Shown here: piece after piece, positions 49,396 through 59,456 of the stretch
Numbering within the stretch: the stretch's first letter is position 1
Layout of the letters: each line of letters opens with the position of its first letter
IMG/VR virus record: IMGVR_UViG_3300011335_000900
Location: 65,106 to 129,105 of that record
DNA from: a virus
DNA length: 64,000 nucleotides
Strand: one strand, 5' to 3'
The notes under the pieces: model-generated
Database searches by the model: none
Seen by the model: the letters and a program-made list of their open reading frames with translations, nothing else
Told to the model about the DNA's origin: nothing
Position numbers and translations under genes: made by a program

Positions 49396-50164
49396 TAAAT
49401 CAATTTATGGAACTATAGGTTATATTTCATCACAAGATGATTTAGACCTTATAGAACAATATATCCTATATAACTTACCTGTTTTAGAGGAATTTAAACA
49501 AATAGTTATAGCTACTAATTATGGATCTCCTCTCCAAAAAGAAAATACTCAACTATGGAAAAAATATTTTTTAAATTGTGTGATTTTAGATTCTAAAATA
49601 AATAGAGGTCATAACTTTGGAACTGCTGATTTAGATAATTTGGTTTTTGATTGGTGTAAAGAAAACAATGAAGAATGGCTTTGTAAAGCAGCAAATGATA
49701 TTATTTTACAAGATATCATCTTAGACAAACAAATAGATGAAGTTGATTTTTATTATTTAAACGGTATTTCATATGAAACACTTTACTTAAATAACTTTGA
49801 CTCAGAAAAATTACTAGAACATTATTGTTACCCACAAACCAATTTCTATTTTATACGAATATCCAAATGTGATTTTCTAAATGATAAAAAATATTTAGAT
49901 GAAACTTATGAATATTCAAAATCCATCCCAAATTACAATGGTAAAATATGGGAATATATTAAAAATTGGTCATGTGAAAATTTCCTAAAAAATTGTGTAG
50001 AAAGAAATATACTATCTCAAAAATATTTATTAGATTTATATCAACATAAAAAATTATGTGAAGCTATTAAAATGTACCAAATAGGAGACCCATCCCATAA
50101 AAATCTAATGATAGAAGGAATCTGCCACTTCCAATTTCCAACCCAACCTATTATAGAAATATGA
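49373..50164 (+). CDS. Putative GT-A-like protein
   Basis: NRGH..G..D, K.AND; glycan island context. Confidence 0.5.
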   Translation: MLLKELINKSIYGTIGYISSQDDLDLIEQYILYNLPVLEEFKQIVIATNYGSPLQKENTQLWKKYFLNCVILDSKINRGHNFGTADLDNLVFDWCKENNEEWLCKAANDIILQDIILDKQIDEVDFYYLNGISYETLYLNNFDSEKLLEHYCYPQTNFYFIRISKCDFLNDKKYLDETYEYSKSIPNYNGKIWEYIKNWSCENFLKNCVERNILSQKYLLDLYQHKKLCEAIKMYQIGDPSHKNLMIEGICHFQFPTQPIIEI

Positions 50165-50643
50165 TATTCCCAGAAGTAAAAATTTACCAACCTGATATTT
50201 TCACTGATTTTAGAGGTGATTTACTAACATTATGGAACAAAGATAATTTTGAGCCTAAATTAGATTTTAAACATGATAAAATTTCAACCTCAAGAAAATA
50301 TGTTTTAAGAGGAATGCATGGAGATCATAAATCATGGAAATTAACTTCCTGCCTTCAAGGCGAAATGTATTTTGTAGTAGTTGATAATAGACCAGAATCT
50401 AAAAATTATTTAAAATGGGATTGGATTATATTAGATGATAGAACAAGAAAACAAGTATTAACCCCACCTAATTTTGCTATTGGTTTTTTAGTATTAAGTG
50501 ATCAAGCTATGTTACATTATAAATGGGCATATGAAGGAGAATATGCTGATGTAGATACACAATTCACATTAAAATGGAATGATCCTAAAATTGGGATATA
50601 CTGGCCTATTGATAATCCAATTCTTCAAAAACGAGATAAATAA
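50161..50643 (+). CDS. rmlC: NDP-4-keto-6-deoxysugar 3,5-epimerase (RmlC family)
   Basis: DFRG, VLRGMH, VVVDNR, W.DP.IGI.WP. Confidence 0.85.
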   Translation: MIFPEVKIYQPDIFTDFRGDLLTLWNKDNFEPKLDFKHDKISTSRKYVLRGMHGDHKSWKLTSCLQGEMYFVVVDNRPESKNYLKWDWIILDDRTRKQVLTPPNFAIGFLVLSDQAMLHYKWAYEGEYADVDTQFTLKWNDPKIGIYWPIDNPILQKRDK

Positions 50644-50696
50644 ATTAGGATAATACAAATATTTTTCGTACATTAAATAAAAATAAATATAAACAC

Positions 50697-51248
50697 ATGA
50701 AAAAAGCACTTATTATTACTTGGGAAAAATTCCAAGATCACGAACTAATTTACCCTTATTATAGCTTAAAAGAAGCAGGTTATGATGTAACTTTAATGGC
50801 TAATAAAGTAGGAAAAATTTGGGGTTCATTAGGAACACATATGCCGTGTGACATTGAAACATCAATGTTTGAAGATAGTAATATCAGACAACAATACTTA
50901 AATGAATATGAAATATTGTTAATCCCTGGTGGAGTTAAAGCATTAGAAAAAGTAAGACAAGAAAAAGGTGTACTTAAATTCATCCAAGAATGGAACACAC
51001 TTAATAAAACTATATTCTCAGTTTGTAATGGAGCACAACTATTAATTTCAGCTAAAATTTTACAAGGTAGAACAGTTTCAGGATATTATTCAATTGATAC
51101 TGATATTGAAAACGCAGGTGCTACTTATAGTAGAGGACCAGTTGTTGTAGATGGTAATATCATATCTTGCCCACATTATGATTTTATGGGTGATTGGATG
51201 AGAATAGCATACCAAGTACATAATGAAAGAAACAAAACCAATGAGTAA
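50697..51248 (+). CDS. DJ-1/PfpI family protein
   Basis: FQDHEL, IPGG, SVCNGAQ, VVVDGNIIS. Confidence 0.9.
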   Translation: MKKALIITWEKFQDHELIYPYYSLKEAGYDVTLMANKVGKIWGSLGTHMPCDIETSMFEDSNIRQQYLNEYEILLIPGGVKALEKVRQEKGVLKFIQEWNTLNKTIFSVCNGAQLLISAKILQGRTVSGYYSIDTDIENAGATYSRGPVVVDGNIISCPHYDFMGDWMRIAYQVHNERNKTNE

Positions 51249-51909
51249 TTATAATACTAATATTGTTAAAAAACCATGGGGTTATGAATACTTAGCATAT
51301 GAAAATGCAGATGTAGCTTTATGGTTTTTATACATTAAAAAGGATCATGCTACCTCACTGCATTGCCACCCTAATAAAACAACTGGTTTAATATTATTAG
51401 ATGGAGAAGCGAAAGTATCATTTTTAAATAATGTTACTACACTTAATGCTACTAATAAAATAATGATACGTAAAGGATTATTTCATTCTACTAAAGCCAT
51501 TAGTGATAAAGGCGCATTTGTTTTTGAAATAGAAACCCCAGTAGACAAACAAGATTTAGTTCGTTTTAAAGATAGTTACGGAAGAGAAGGTAAACCTTAT
51601 GAAGATGAAACTTTTGAAATTCCTAAAGCTGAAGATTGTTTATGGATTGAAGAAATTAATAAAACCTATCCATTTGCTAATTGTTTATTAGAAGTAAAGA
51701 ATATTACTAATATAAATGAATTTTTAGATATAGATAATAATCTAAATATAATGTTTTTAAAAGGAGGATTATTAACAGATTATGGGCAAAAAGTAGCAGG
51801 ACCTGGAGATATAGTAATATCTAGTACTATTAAGCAATTAATAGAAGTATTTAATAAAATTGATTCTGAAAATTTAATAATAATATTTAAAAAAGAAAAT
51901 AATGGCTAA
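51241..51909 (+). CDS. Cupin (mannose-6-phosphate isomerase type II-like)
   Basis: KPWG.E, SLHCH..K, FH, EIETP...D.VR..DSYGR. Confidence 0.75.
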   Translation: MSNYNTNIVKKPWGYEYLAYENADVALWFLYIKKDHATSLHCHPNKTTGLILLDGEAKVSFLNNVTTLNATNKIMIRKGLFHSTKAISDKGAFVFEIETPVDKQDLVRFKDSYGREGKPYEDETFEIPKAEDCLWIEEINKTYPFANCLLEVKNITNINEFLDIDNNLNIMFLKGGLLTDYGQKVAGPGDIVISSTIKQLIEVFNKIDSENLIIIFKKENNG

Positions 51910-52294
51910 TTTTTATCCCCCTGGATTTGAACATCAATCACAAGTTATTGCTGTTGATTTTGATGGTGTAATACATAATGCATATAAAGGATGGGGTGAT
52001 GGTACTTGTTACGGCGAACCCTTACCTGGGGCTGTTGAAGCTATTAGAAAACTATCCCAAAAACATGATATAGTTATATTTACTGCTAAAGCTAAAGCTG
52101 ATAGACCTTTAGTAAATGGTAAAACGGGAGTTATATTAGTTAGAGAATGGTTTGAAAAATATGACCTCCTGGATTGCATAAAATCCATTACATCAGATAA
52201 ACCAAGAGCTGAACTTTATATAGATGATAATGGGTATCGTTTTGAAAATTGGGATGACACTTTAAATTATTTAAAAGAAAATCATGAACTTTAG
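51902..52294 (+). CDS. HAD-superfamily phosphatase
   Basis: DFDGVI, FTAK, KP, YIDDN. Confidence 0.85.
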   Translation: MANFYPPGFEHQSQVIAVDFDGVIHNAYKGWGDGTCYGEPLPGAVEAIRKLSQKHDIVIFTAKAKADRPLVNGKTGVILVREWFEKYDLLDCIKSITSDKPRAELYIDDNGYRFENWDDTLNYLKENHEL

Positions 52295-53114
52295 ACTAAA
52301 TACCTTTAAAAAAGCATCATTTTGTAGACATTTTGAAAACCAAGTTTATCAAAAAGTCCAAAACAAAATTATTCAAATACCTGTATACCTATCAGCTGGG
52401 CAAGAATATATTCCTGCTAGTATAGCTACTATTTTAGAAGAAAAAAATATTGAACCTAATATCTTTATTCAACATAGAGGACACTCTACTTATCTTTCAT
52501 TTAATGCTTCCCCCACCGAATTAATAGATGAATTATTAGGAAGAACAACAGGGTGTGCTAATGGAATGGGTGGATCAGCCTCAATACATTCTCGTGAGAA
52601 AAATATATTTGGACATGATGGATTAATGGGTAGTCAAATCCCTATATCAGTTGGTCATTGCTATTCAACACGAAAACCAACAATAGCTATTATGGGAGAT
52701 GCTTCAGCTGAAGAAGATTATGTATTAGGTGCATTGGGGTGGGCTTCAACCAAAAATTTACCAATATTGTTCATAGTAGAAGATAATAATTTATCTATTT
52801 TAACTGAAAAAAGAATAAGAAGAAATTGGGAAATGGATGATGTAGCTAGAGCATTTAACATGAAGGCTTTAAATATTGATGATAATCCTATTACAATTTA
52901 TAATGCTCTTAAAGATTATAATTTTGAAGGACCTATGCTTCTTAATATTAATACTACCAGAAAATATTGGCACTCAGGAGCTGGACAAGATAAAGATAAT
53001 TTTGATCGTTATGAAAGTGAAATGAAAATCTTAGGAGAAGAAGCAGGAAAAATTGATTTTAAAAACAAACAATTAGTAGAAAAGTTATGGCAACAACAGT
53101 TAGAGATACAATAA
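52284..53114 (+). CDS. TPP-dependent dehydrogenase E1 alpha-like subunit
   Basis: GQE, HRGH, GMGGS, GDA...EDNN. Confidence 0.9.
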   Translation: MNFRLNTFKKASFCRHFENQVYQKVQNKIIQIPVYLSAGQEYIPASIATILEEKNIEPNIFIQHRGHSTYLSFNASPTELIDELLGRTTGCANGMGGSASIHSREKNIFGHDGLMGSQIPISVGHCYSTRKPTIAIMGDASAEEDYVLGALGWASTKNLPILFIVEDNNLSILTEKRIRRNWEMDDVARAFNMKALNIDDNPITIYNALKDYNFEGPMLLNINTTRKYWHSGAGQDKDNFDRYESEMKILGEEAGKIDFKNKQLVEKLWQQQLEIQ

Positions 53115-53998
53115 AAGAAATTACACGCAATCACCTTACTAAAGATATAGGTAAATGTTATGGACAATGTCTTACTGCAGTAGGTTGGGTTGGGGGCACT
53201 TTACCGGAAATGTATGAAGATGAAGGAATGGTGGAATTATCTATGGCAGATGTTGCTGGAGGAGCTATAGTAACAGGAGCGGCGCTTTCAGGAGAAAGAG
53301 CAATTTATATTGTTAGATATCAAGGCTTTCAATGGTATAATGCTGCATCTATAGTTAATTATGCTGCTAAATCTAAAGAAATTTGGAATCGTCCTTGTCC
53401 CATATTTGTTAGAAGTATAGCAATGGAAGGAGGAGTAGGACCTGTAGCAGGCTCATCACACCATTCCCTATATTACCGCATGCCCGGAATCAAAGTATTA
53501 GCCCCTATGACCCCTAAAGAATACCAAATATCCTATGAATTATATATGAATGATGATGACCCTTACTATATATCAGAACATAGAAAGAGTTATGACAATA
53601 CTGAAGAATTACTTGATATAGTACATGAAGGTGAAGTTGATTTTACAATATTCCCTATTTCAATAACTAGATTTGAAATTTCAGAATTATTACAATTAGC
53701 TAAACAAGAAAATATTAAATTAAATGTTTTTCATCAATTTATGCTTAAACCTCTTAATATAAAAGAAAATTGGATTTTATCCTTAAATAATTCCAAGTAT
53801 GGAGGATTAGTAACGGATGATGATTATGTTGAAGGAATATCTGATAGCATAGCTAATAATTTAAATTTGGCTACTGGAAAGAAGGTTCATACATTAGGAT
53901 TAGAACCAAGAACTGCAGGATTTTATTCATTAGTAGATAATCTACCTCCAACAGCTGAAAAAATAATTACTTTACTTAAACAAATAAAGCATGGATAA
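53087..53998 (+). CDS. TPP-dependent dehydrogenase E1 beta-like subunit
   Basis: NYAAK, GSSHHS, MPGIKV.APMTP; overlaps the alpha gene. Confidence 0.85.
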   Translation: MATTVRDTIKEITRNHLTKDIGKCYGQCLTAVGWVGGTLPEMYEDEGMVELSMADVAGGAIVTGAALSGERAIYIVRYQGFQWYNAASIVNYAAKSKEIWNRPCPIFVRSIAMEGGVGPVAGSSHHSLYYRMPGIKVLAPMTPKEYQISYELYMNDDDPYYISEHRKSYDNTEELLDIVHEGEVDFTIFPISITRFEISELLQLAKQENIKLNVFHQFMLKPLNIKENWILSLNNSKYGGLVTDDDYVEGISDSIANNLNLATGKKVHTLGLEPRTAGFYSLVDNLPPTAEKIITLLKQIKHG

Positions 53999-55037
53999 TT
54001 TTATAAAAAAGATATGTGATGATATTTTTAAAACACAAGATTTTAATCACTTTAATAATAAAACTATATTAATTACTGGAGCTAATGGTTTATTAGGAGG
54101 TATAATATCCGATTTTTTTAGTTATTTAAATGAAAATAAAAATTTTAAAATAAATTTACTTCTTACTAGCAAAAGTGACTCTTTTAAACTCACTAGAATA
54201 AAACACTTATTAGATAAAGAATATGTAAAATATTTTAGCCATGATATGACTCAACCATCTTTATTTTCATCTATACCAGAATATAAAATTGACTATTGCT
54301 TTTATTCTTCGGGTTACGCTACCCCAACAAAATTTCTTGATAATCCTATTGAAACCTTAAATACTAATATAAATGGTTTATACAAAACCCTAGAATTTGT
54401 TGCTAATAATAATCCAAATTCTAAATTTTTATATATGAGTAGTGGGGAAATATATTCTGCTAACGATAATACCGATTTATATAAAGAGACTGATATTATT
54501 AACGTTGATATTAATAATAAAAGAAATTTCTATAAAGTTGGTAAGATTACAGGTGAATTATTAGTTAATTCTTTTAGAGATAAGGGATTTAAAGCTTCCT
54601 CAATCCGAACCACAATATGTTATGGACCAGGTGTATCGGAAAATGATAATAGAGTTTTAAACAATTTAATTCAAAAAGGAATTAAGAATAGCTCAATTCA
54701 ATTAATGGATAGTGGTCAATCAACAAGAAAACTTTTACATATCACTGATTTTTGTTCTATGATTTTTAATATTATTAAAACTTGTAATAGTGAAGTTTAT
54801 AATGTAAATGGAAAAGATGAATTAAGTATTCTTAAAATGGCTCAAATCATATCAAAATCCTTAAATAAACCTATTATCCCCGGTAATGAAATTAACCTAA
54901 TAACAAAATACTCAGCAAATAGTGTTTCTATGTCTATTAATAGATATGAGGAAGAATTTGGAGAACATAGTTTTAAATCTGCAGAAGAAGGAATTACAGA
55001 ACTAGTTGAATGGTATAAAACAATATTAAATAATTAA
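53991..55037 (+). CDS. NAD-dependent epimerase/dehydratase (extended SDR)
   Basis: ITGANGLLG, SSGEIY, YKVGK, YGPG. Confidence 0.9.
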   Translation: MDNFIKKICDDIFKTQDFNHFNNKTILITGANGLLGGIISDFFSYLNENKNFKINLLLTSKSDSFKLTRIKHLLDKEYVKYFSHDMTQPSLFSSIPEYKIDYCFYSSGYATPTKFLDNPIETLNTNINGLYKTLEFVANNNPNSKFLYMSSGEIYSANDNTDLYKETDIINVDINNKRNFYKVGKITGELLVNSFRDKGFKASSIRTTICYGPGVSENDNRVLNNLIQKGIKNSSIQLMDSGQSTRKLLHITDFCSMIFNIIKTCNSEVYNVNGKDELSILKMAQIISKSLNKPIIPGNEINLITKYSANSVSMSINRYEEEFGEHSFKSAEEGITELVEWYKTILNN

Positions 55038-55058
55038 TTAATAACTTAAAACAAAAAA

Positions 55059-55619
55059 ATGACAACAATTCACAAAATGAGAGAAGATGAAACCCAAAGA
55101 CAAGGTCTTCTTAATTTATGTTATTCTGCTAAATCTTATATAGGAGATAATAATGCCCAACTTGTAGAAATTGGATCTTATTGTGGAGAAAGCGGAGAGA
55201 TAATAGCAAATATTTTTCCAAATAGTATTTTAAATTGTGTAGACCCATGGGCTAAATACACTGAAGATGATTATACTTGGGATTTAGATGAACAAGAAAT
55301 AGTATTAAATCAAGCAGAACAAGTTTTTGATTCAGTATTAGCTAGGTGTTCCAATATAAGAAAAAATAAAATGCCTTCTTCTCAATACGCTGATTCTTTA
55401 CAACCCGAAAGTATTGATTTTGTTTATATAGATGGTAACCACCAATATTCCTCAGTTAAAGAAGATCTGATAAATTGGTCTAAAAAAGTTAAAGTTGGGG
55501 GTATAATTGCGGGACATGATTATCCATTTCCCCCTATTCAAAAAGCTTTAAGTGAGTTTTTTAATAAAGAACCAGATGGTGTTTTTGGAGATGGTAGTTG
55601 GTTTTATGTAAAAAAATAA
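55059..55619 (+). CDS. Class I SAM methyltransferase (Methyltransf_24-like)
   Basis: VEIGSYCGES, VYIDGNH.Y, GGIIAGHDY. Confidence 0.88.
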   Translation: MTTIHKMREDETQRQGLLNLCYSAKSYIGDNNAQLVEIGSYCGESGEIIANIFPNSILNCVDPWAKYTEDDYTWDLDEQEIVLNQAEQVFDSVLARCSNIRKNKMPSSQYADSLQPESIDFVYIDGNHQYSSVKEDLINWSKKVKVGGIIAGHDYPFPPIQKALSEFFNKEPDGVFGDGSWFYVKK

Positions 55620-55622
55620 ATT

Positions 55623-56777
55623 ATGATTAAGTTAGTTAGCGATACAATTGATAAACAGGATATTAATTCTTTAATAGAATGGCTATCCCAAGATGAAATA
55701 CCAAGATTAACAAAAGGTGAATTAACAATAGAATTAGAAAAAAAATGGGCTAATAAAATAGGAACTAAATACTCAGTATTTGTAAATTCAGGATCATCTT
55801 CAATATTATTAACATTAGCCGCTTTAAAACATACTAATCGTTTAAAAAACAATAAAGTAGTTGTTCCATCATTAAGTTGGGCTACTGATTTATCTTCTCC
55901 AATTTTATTAGGTTTAGAACCAATTTTATGTGATTGTAATCTAACTGATCTATCTTGTGATTTAGAACATTTAGAAGAGATATTTAAAACACAATCCCCA
56001 AGTGTCCTTATATTAGTATCTGTATTAGGACTAGTTCCTGACATGAATCGAATAATTGAACTATGTAAAAAATACAATGTTTTACTTTTAGAGGATGTAT
56101 GTGAAAGTATGGGCTCTAAATATAAAGGAGAATATTTAGGTACATTTGGATTAGCATCATTTTTTTCAATGTATTTTGGTCACCACTTAAGTACTATTGA
56201 AGGAGGATTTATTAATACTAATGATAAAGATTTATATAATTCTTTATTAATGATGAGAAGTCATGGCTGGTCTAGAGATTTATCAATAGAAGACCAAAAC
56301 CATTATAACACTAAATATAATACTGACAATTTTAGTTCACTGTACAATTTCTACCTACCAGGAATGAATTTAAGATCTACAGATTTACAAGCATTTATTG
56401 GTTTAAGAGCTATAGATAAGTTAGATAATTACTCCCAAAAAAGAAATTTGAACTTTAAATTTTATTTAAAAAATCTAACTAACAATGAATTAAATATAGA
56501 AACAAATCTCGATAATTTTATTTCTAATTTTGCTATACCCGTTGTAAGTAAGAATAAAGATCAAATTGTAAAAGATTTAATTGAAGCTAATATTGAAGTT
56601 AGGCCTTTAATAGCTGGAAATTTAGGAAATAAACCAGTATGGTATGAAAATTACGAAAGAGTAAATCTTCCAAATTCTGATATAATAGATAAATTTGGGT
56701 TTTATTTACCTAATCATCAAGATTTAATTGAAACTGAAATTTTAAAAATAACAAATATTATAAATAAAAATATATGA
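55623..56777 (+). CDS. DegT-family PLP enzyme, ColD-like GDP-4-keto-6-deoxymannose 3-dehydratase
   Basis: VNSGSS, EDVCES; SMYFGHHLSTIEGG has His where aminotransferases have the catalytic Lys. Confidence 0.8.
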   Translation: MIKLVSDTIDKQDINSLIEWLSQDEIPRLTKGELTIELEKKWANKIGTKYSVFVNSGSSSILLTLAALKHTNRLKNNKVVVPSLSWATDLSSPILLGLEPILCDCNLTDLSCDLEHLEEIFKTQSPSVLILVSVLGLVPDMNRIIELCKKYNVLLLEDVCESMGSKYKGEYLGTFGLASFFSMYFGHHLSTIEGGFINTNDKDLYNSLLMMRSHGWSRDLSIEDQNHYNTKYNTDNFSSLYNFYLPGMNLRSTDLQAFIGLRAIDKLDNYSQKRNLNFKFYLKNLTNNELNIETNLDNFISNFAIPVVSKNKDQIVKDLIEANIEVRPLIAGNLGNKPVWYENYERVNLPNSDIIDKFGFYLPNHQDLIETEILKITNIINKNI

Positions 56778-57745
56778 AAAAAGCCATAATAACTGGTATT
56801 AATGGGCAAGACGGATCTTATTTAGCAGAATTACTCATAAAAAAAGGATATGAAGTAATAGGAACTCTAAAACGAAATTCAGTAGCTGAAAATCAAACAT
56901 TTAGATTAGATAATGTTTTTGGTAAAATTAAATTAGAATATGCTGATTTAACTGATATGGCTTCTTTAGTAAGAATTATTACTAAATATATGCCTGATGA
57001 AATTTATAATTTAGGAGCCCAATCTCATGTTGCTATATCATTTGATCAACCTGTTTATACAGCTCAAGCTACTGGGGTTGGTACTTTAAATTTATTAGAA
57101 GCTGCAAGACTAATTAAACCTAACATTAAAATCTATCAAGCATCATCTTCTGAAATGTTTGGTAATACAATAGATGAAGATGGTTATCAAAGGGAAACAA
57201 CTCAATTAAACCCTGTATCTCCTTATGGATGTGCTAAAGTATTTAGTTATAACATATGCCGTAATTATAGAAATTCTTATGGTATGTTTATCTCAAATGG
57301 TATTTTATTTAATCATGAATCACCTAGAAGAGGTACTAACTTTGTTACAAATAAAGTAGTAAAAGAGGCTGTTAAAATCAAATTAGGTTTATCTGATAAA
57401 CTTAGACTAGGAAATTTAGAAGCAACTAGAGATTGGGGACATGCTAAAGACTATGTTACAGCTATGTGGGAAATCCTCCAACAAGATAAATCAGACGATT
57501 TTGTATGCGCTACAGGCATATCCCACTCAGTAAGAGAATTATGTGAATATGTTTTTTCATCATTAGATTTAAATTGGAAAAAGTATGTCATTCAAGATGA
57601 AAAATATCTTAGACCTGAAGAATTAAGTAACTTAAAAGGAGATTCAACTAAATTAAGACAATTAACTGGATGGAAATCTACTTATACCTTTGAAACTATG
57701 CTGGATGAAATGATTGAATATTGGTTAAATTATTATAAAAAATAA
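56774..57745 (+). CDS. gmd: GDP-mannose 4,6-dehydratase
   Basis: ITGINGQDGSYLAE, AQSHV, QASSSE, SPYGCAK, FNHESPRRG, RDWG. Confidence 0.97.
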   Translation: MKKAIITGINGQDGSYLAELLIKKGYEVIGTLKRNSVAENQTFRLDNVFGKIKLEYADLTDMASLVRIITKYMPDEIYNLGAQSHVAISFDQPVYTAQATGVGTLNLLEAARLIKPNIKIYQASSSEMFGNTIDEDGYQRETTQLNPVSPYGCAKVFSYNICRNYRNSYGMFISNGILFNHESPRRGTNFVTNKVVKEAVKIKLGLSDKLRLGNLEATRDWGHAKDYVTAMWEILQQDKSDDFVCATGISHSVRELCEYVFSSLDLNWKKYVIQDEKYLRPEELSNLKGDSTKLRQLTGWKSTYTFETMLDEMIEYWLNYYKK

Positions 57746-57747
57746 AT

Positions 57748-58605
57748 ATGGAAAAAACAGCAATATTACTAGGATGTAGAAATGATGGATACAAAGAGAA
57801 CGAAAGAATCATAACGTGTTTAACTTCAATGATAGAAACATTTGATGAAGTTTGGTTTTGTGATTGGAATACCCCAATAGGTAAAAAACCCCTTTTATGG
57901 GAATTAGAAGATCAAATACCAAAAACCGGAAAAATTAGACATTTTATTATTGAAGAACATATAGCTCAAATTTTATCTAATTTTAATCCTGATGTAAGCC
58001 CTTTTAATGGAGGATTTTCTCAAAACTTAATGTTAAGAAGATGTCAAGCAGATTGGATAGTATGTTCTACTATGGACATCATTGCTCCTAAAAAAGAATA
58101 CCTTAATAACTTCCTCTCAACAGCAGACAAAAATACATTCTACTCAGTTTCAAGAAGAGATGTAGAATATCCTGAATTAAAAAAAATAGGATTTGATAAA
58201 TGGAGAGAATTTAGAGATAAAATGGATATTGAAAGTAAGCCAAGATATCTTCCTGCTCAAGTAACCCCAAATGATAAATATAGTTTAATTAATTGTTGTG
58301 GAGATTTTCAATTAGCTCATAAAGATATTTGGAAAAAAATTAAAGGATTTGAAGAAAAAATGATATATTCATGCTTTAATGACACTAATATTCAAAAGAA
58401 AGCAGTTTTAAATGGATTTGATTTAAAAGCATATTTTGATTTACCATTATATCATTTATCTCATACAGGAATGGGAAATGATGGTTCATCACCTTCTAAA
58501 CAACATTATAATGATGCTTATGAATGGGTTGAATATTTTCAAGAATCTAAAAATGAAGATAATTGGGGATTAAATGATATAGAAATTGAATTTGAAATTA
58601 TTTAA
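57748..58605 (+). CDS. GT-A-like protein
   Basis: RNDGY, DWN, CGDFQL, GFEE. Confidence 0.6.
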   Translation: MEKTAILLGCRNDGYKENERIITCLTSMIETFDEVWFCDWNTPIGKKPLLWELEDQIPKTGKIRHFIIEEHIAQILSNFNPDVSPFNGGFSQNLMLRRCQADWIVCSTMDIIAPKKEYLNNFLSTADKNTFYSVSRRDVEYPELKKIGFDKWREFRDKMDIESKPRYLPAQVTPNDKYSLINCCGDFQLAHKDIWKKIKGFEEKMIYSCFNDTNIQKKAVLNGFDLKAYFDLPLYHLSHTGMGNDGSSPSKQHYNDAYEWVEYFQESKNEDNWGLNDIEIEFEII

Positions 58606-58629
58606 AAGCTTACTAATACACCACACACA

Positions 58630-58806
58630 ATGAGCCTATATATATACTATAACAAACACGATAAAACTAAGGAACCTCACGGTAAATTTGAGGCTATTGA
58701 TTTAGAGGATGCTATTTTGGTAGCTTCCCACATTAAAAACATGAATATACAAGATTTTTTAACAGTATTTAAAGTAGAAGAATGGAAGAGACGTTCAAAA
58801 AACTAA
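58630..58806 (+). CDS. 58-aa hypothetical protein
   Basis: MSLYIYYNKHDKTKEP...; below the ORF-track cutoff. Confidence 0.55.
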   Translation: MSLYIYYNKHDKTKEPHGKFEAIDLEDAILVASHIKNMNIQDFLTVFKVEEWKRRSKN

Positions 58807-59165
58807 GTGAATTAATTGGAAAAGGCGGTAAGATAGAAGAGAGTGAAAAATCAATTAAACGTAAAAAGGAAAAATTCTTTTTAGATATAATTTCAATTTT
58901 ATGTGAAATTGAGGCATACCAAAAAATATCTGAAAGTGTAGGAATAAGCCTGGTCAAATATGAGGATTTACATTTTCAAATAATTGAAGGATTGCTTGAA
59001 AAACAATATGGAGAATTAGAGAAAAACATAATTATATGGTGGGTATTTGAAAGCTTAAAAGAAAATGGTGAAGTTTACCCTTTAGTTTCAGAAGATGGAG
59101 TTAGACACATAATTAATACACCTTTACAATTATACAAATTTTTAAAAAGATACGATGGAAAATAG
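58782..59165 (+). CDS. Hypothetical protein
   Basis: 127-aa ORF. Confidence 0.7.
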   Translation: MEETFKKLSELIGKGGKIEESEKSIKRKKEKFFLDIISILCEIEAYQKISESVGISLVKYEDLHFQIIEGLLEKQYGELEKNIIIWWVFESLKENGEVYPLVSEDGVRHIINTPLQLYKFLKRYDGK

Positions 59166-59454
59166 AATATGCATTAAATGTCGAGAGACAATAAATCCCT
59201 TAAGAATAAAAGCATTGCCAACAGCAAAAACATGTGTTGAATGTTCAACTACTGGAGCTAAACGAGGAGTACCAATGATGTTTGGTGAAAAAGACCACAC
59301 GTGGACAGATATTGTTTTAATGGAACCTGAACAATACGATGTGTATGAAAAACACCAACAAAATTACTTTAAGGACTCTAAAGTTGAGATGCTTGATTTT
59401 GAAAAAGAAGATGCTAAAAACGAAGAGGATATTGACTTTGACAATATAATGTAA
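59155..59454 (+). CDS. DksA/TraR-type C4 zinc-finger protein
   Basis: CIKC.E.I...R..ALP.AKTCVEC. Confidence 0.8.
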   Translation: MENRICIKCRETINPLRIKALPTAKTCVECSTTGAKRGVPMMFGEKDHTWTDIVLMEPEQYDVYEKHQQNYFKDSKVEMLDFEKEDAKNEEDIDFDNIM

Positions 59455-59456
59455 AA

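Noticed and set aside
52284-53998. Pyruvate dehydrogenase as an auxiliary metabolic gene
   Set aside because: No E2/E3 and embedded in an NDP-sugar operon; sugar branching is more plausible
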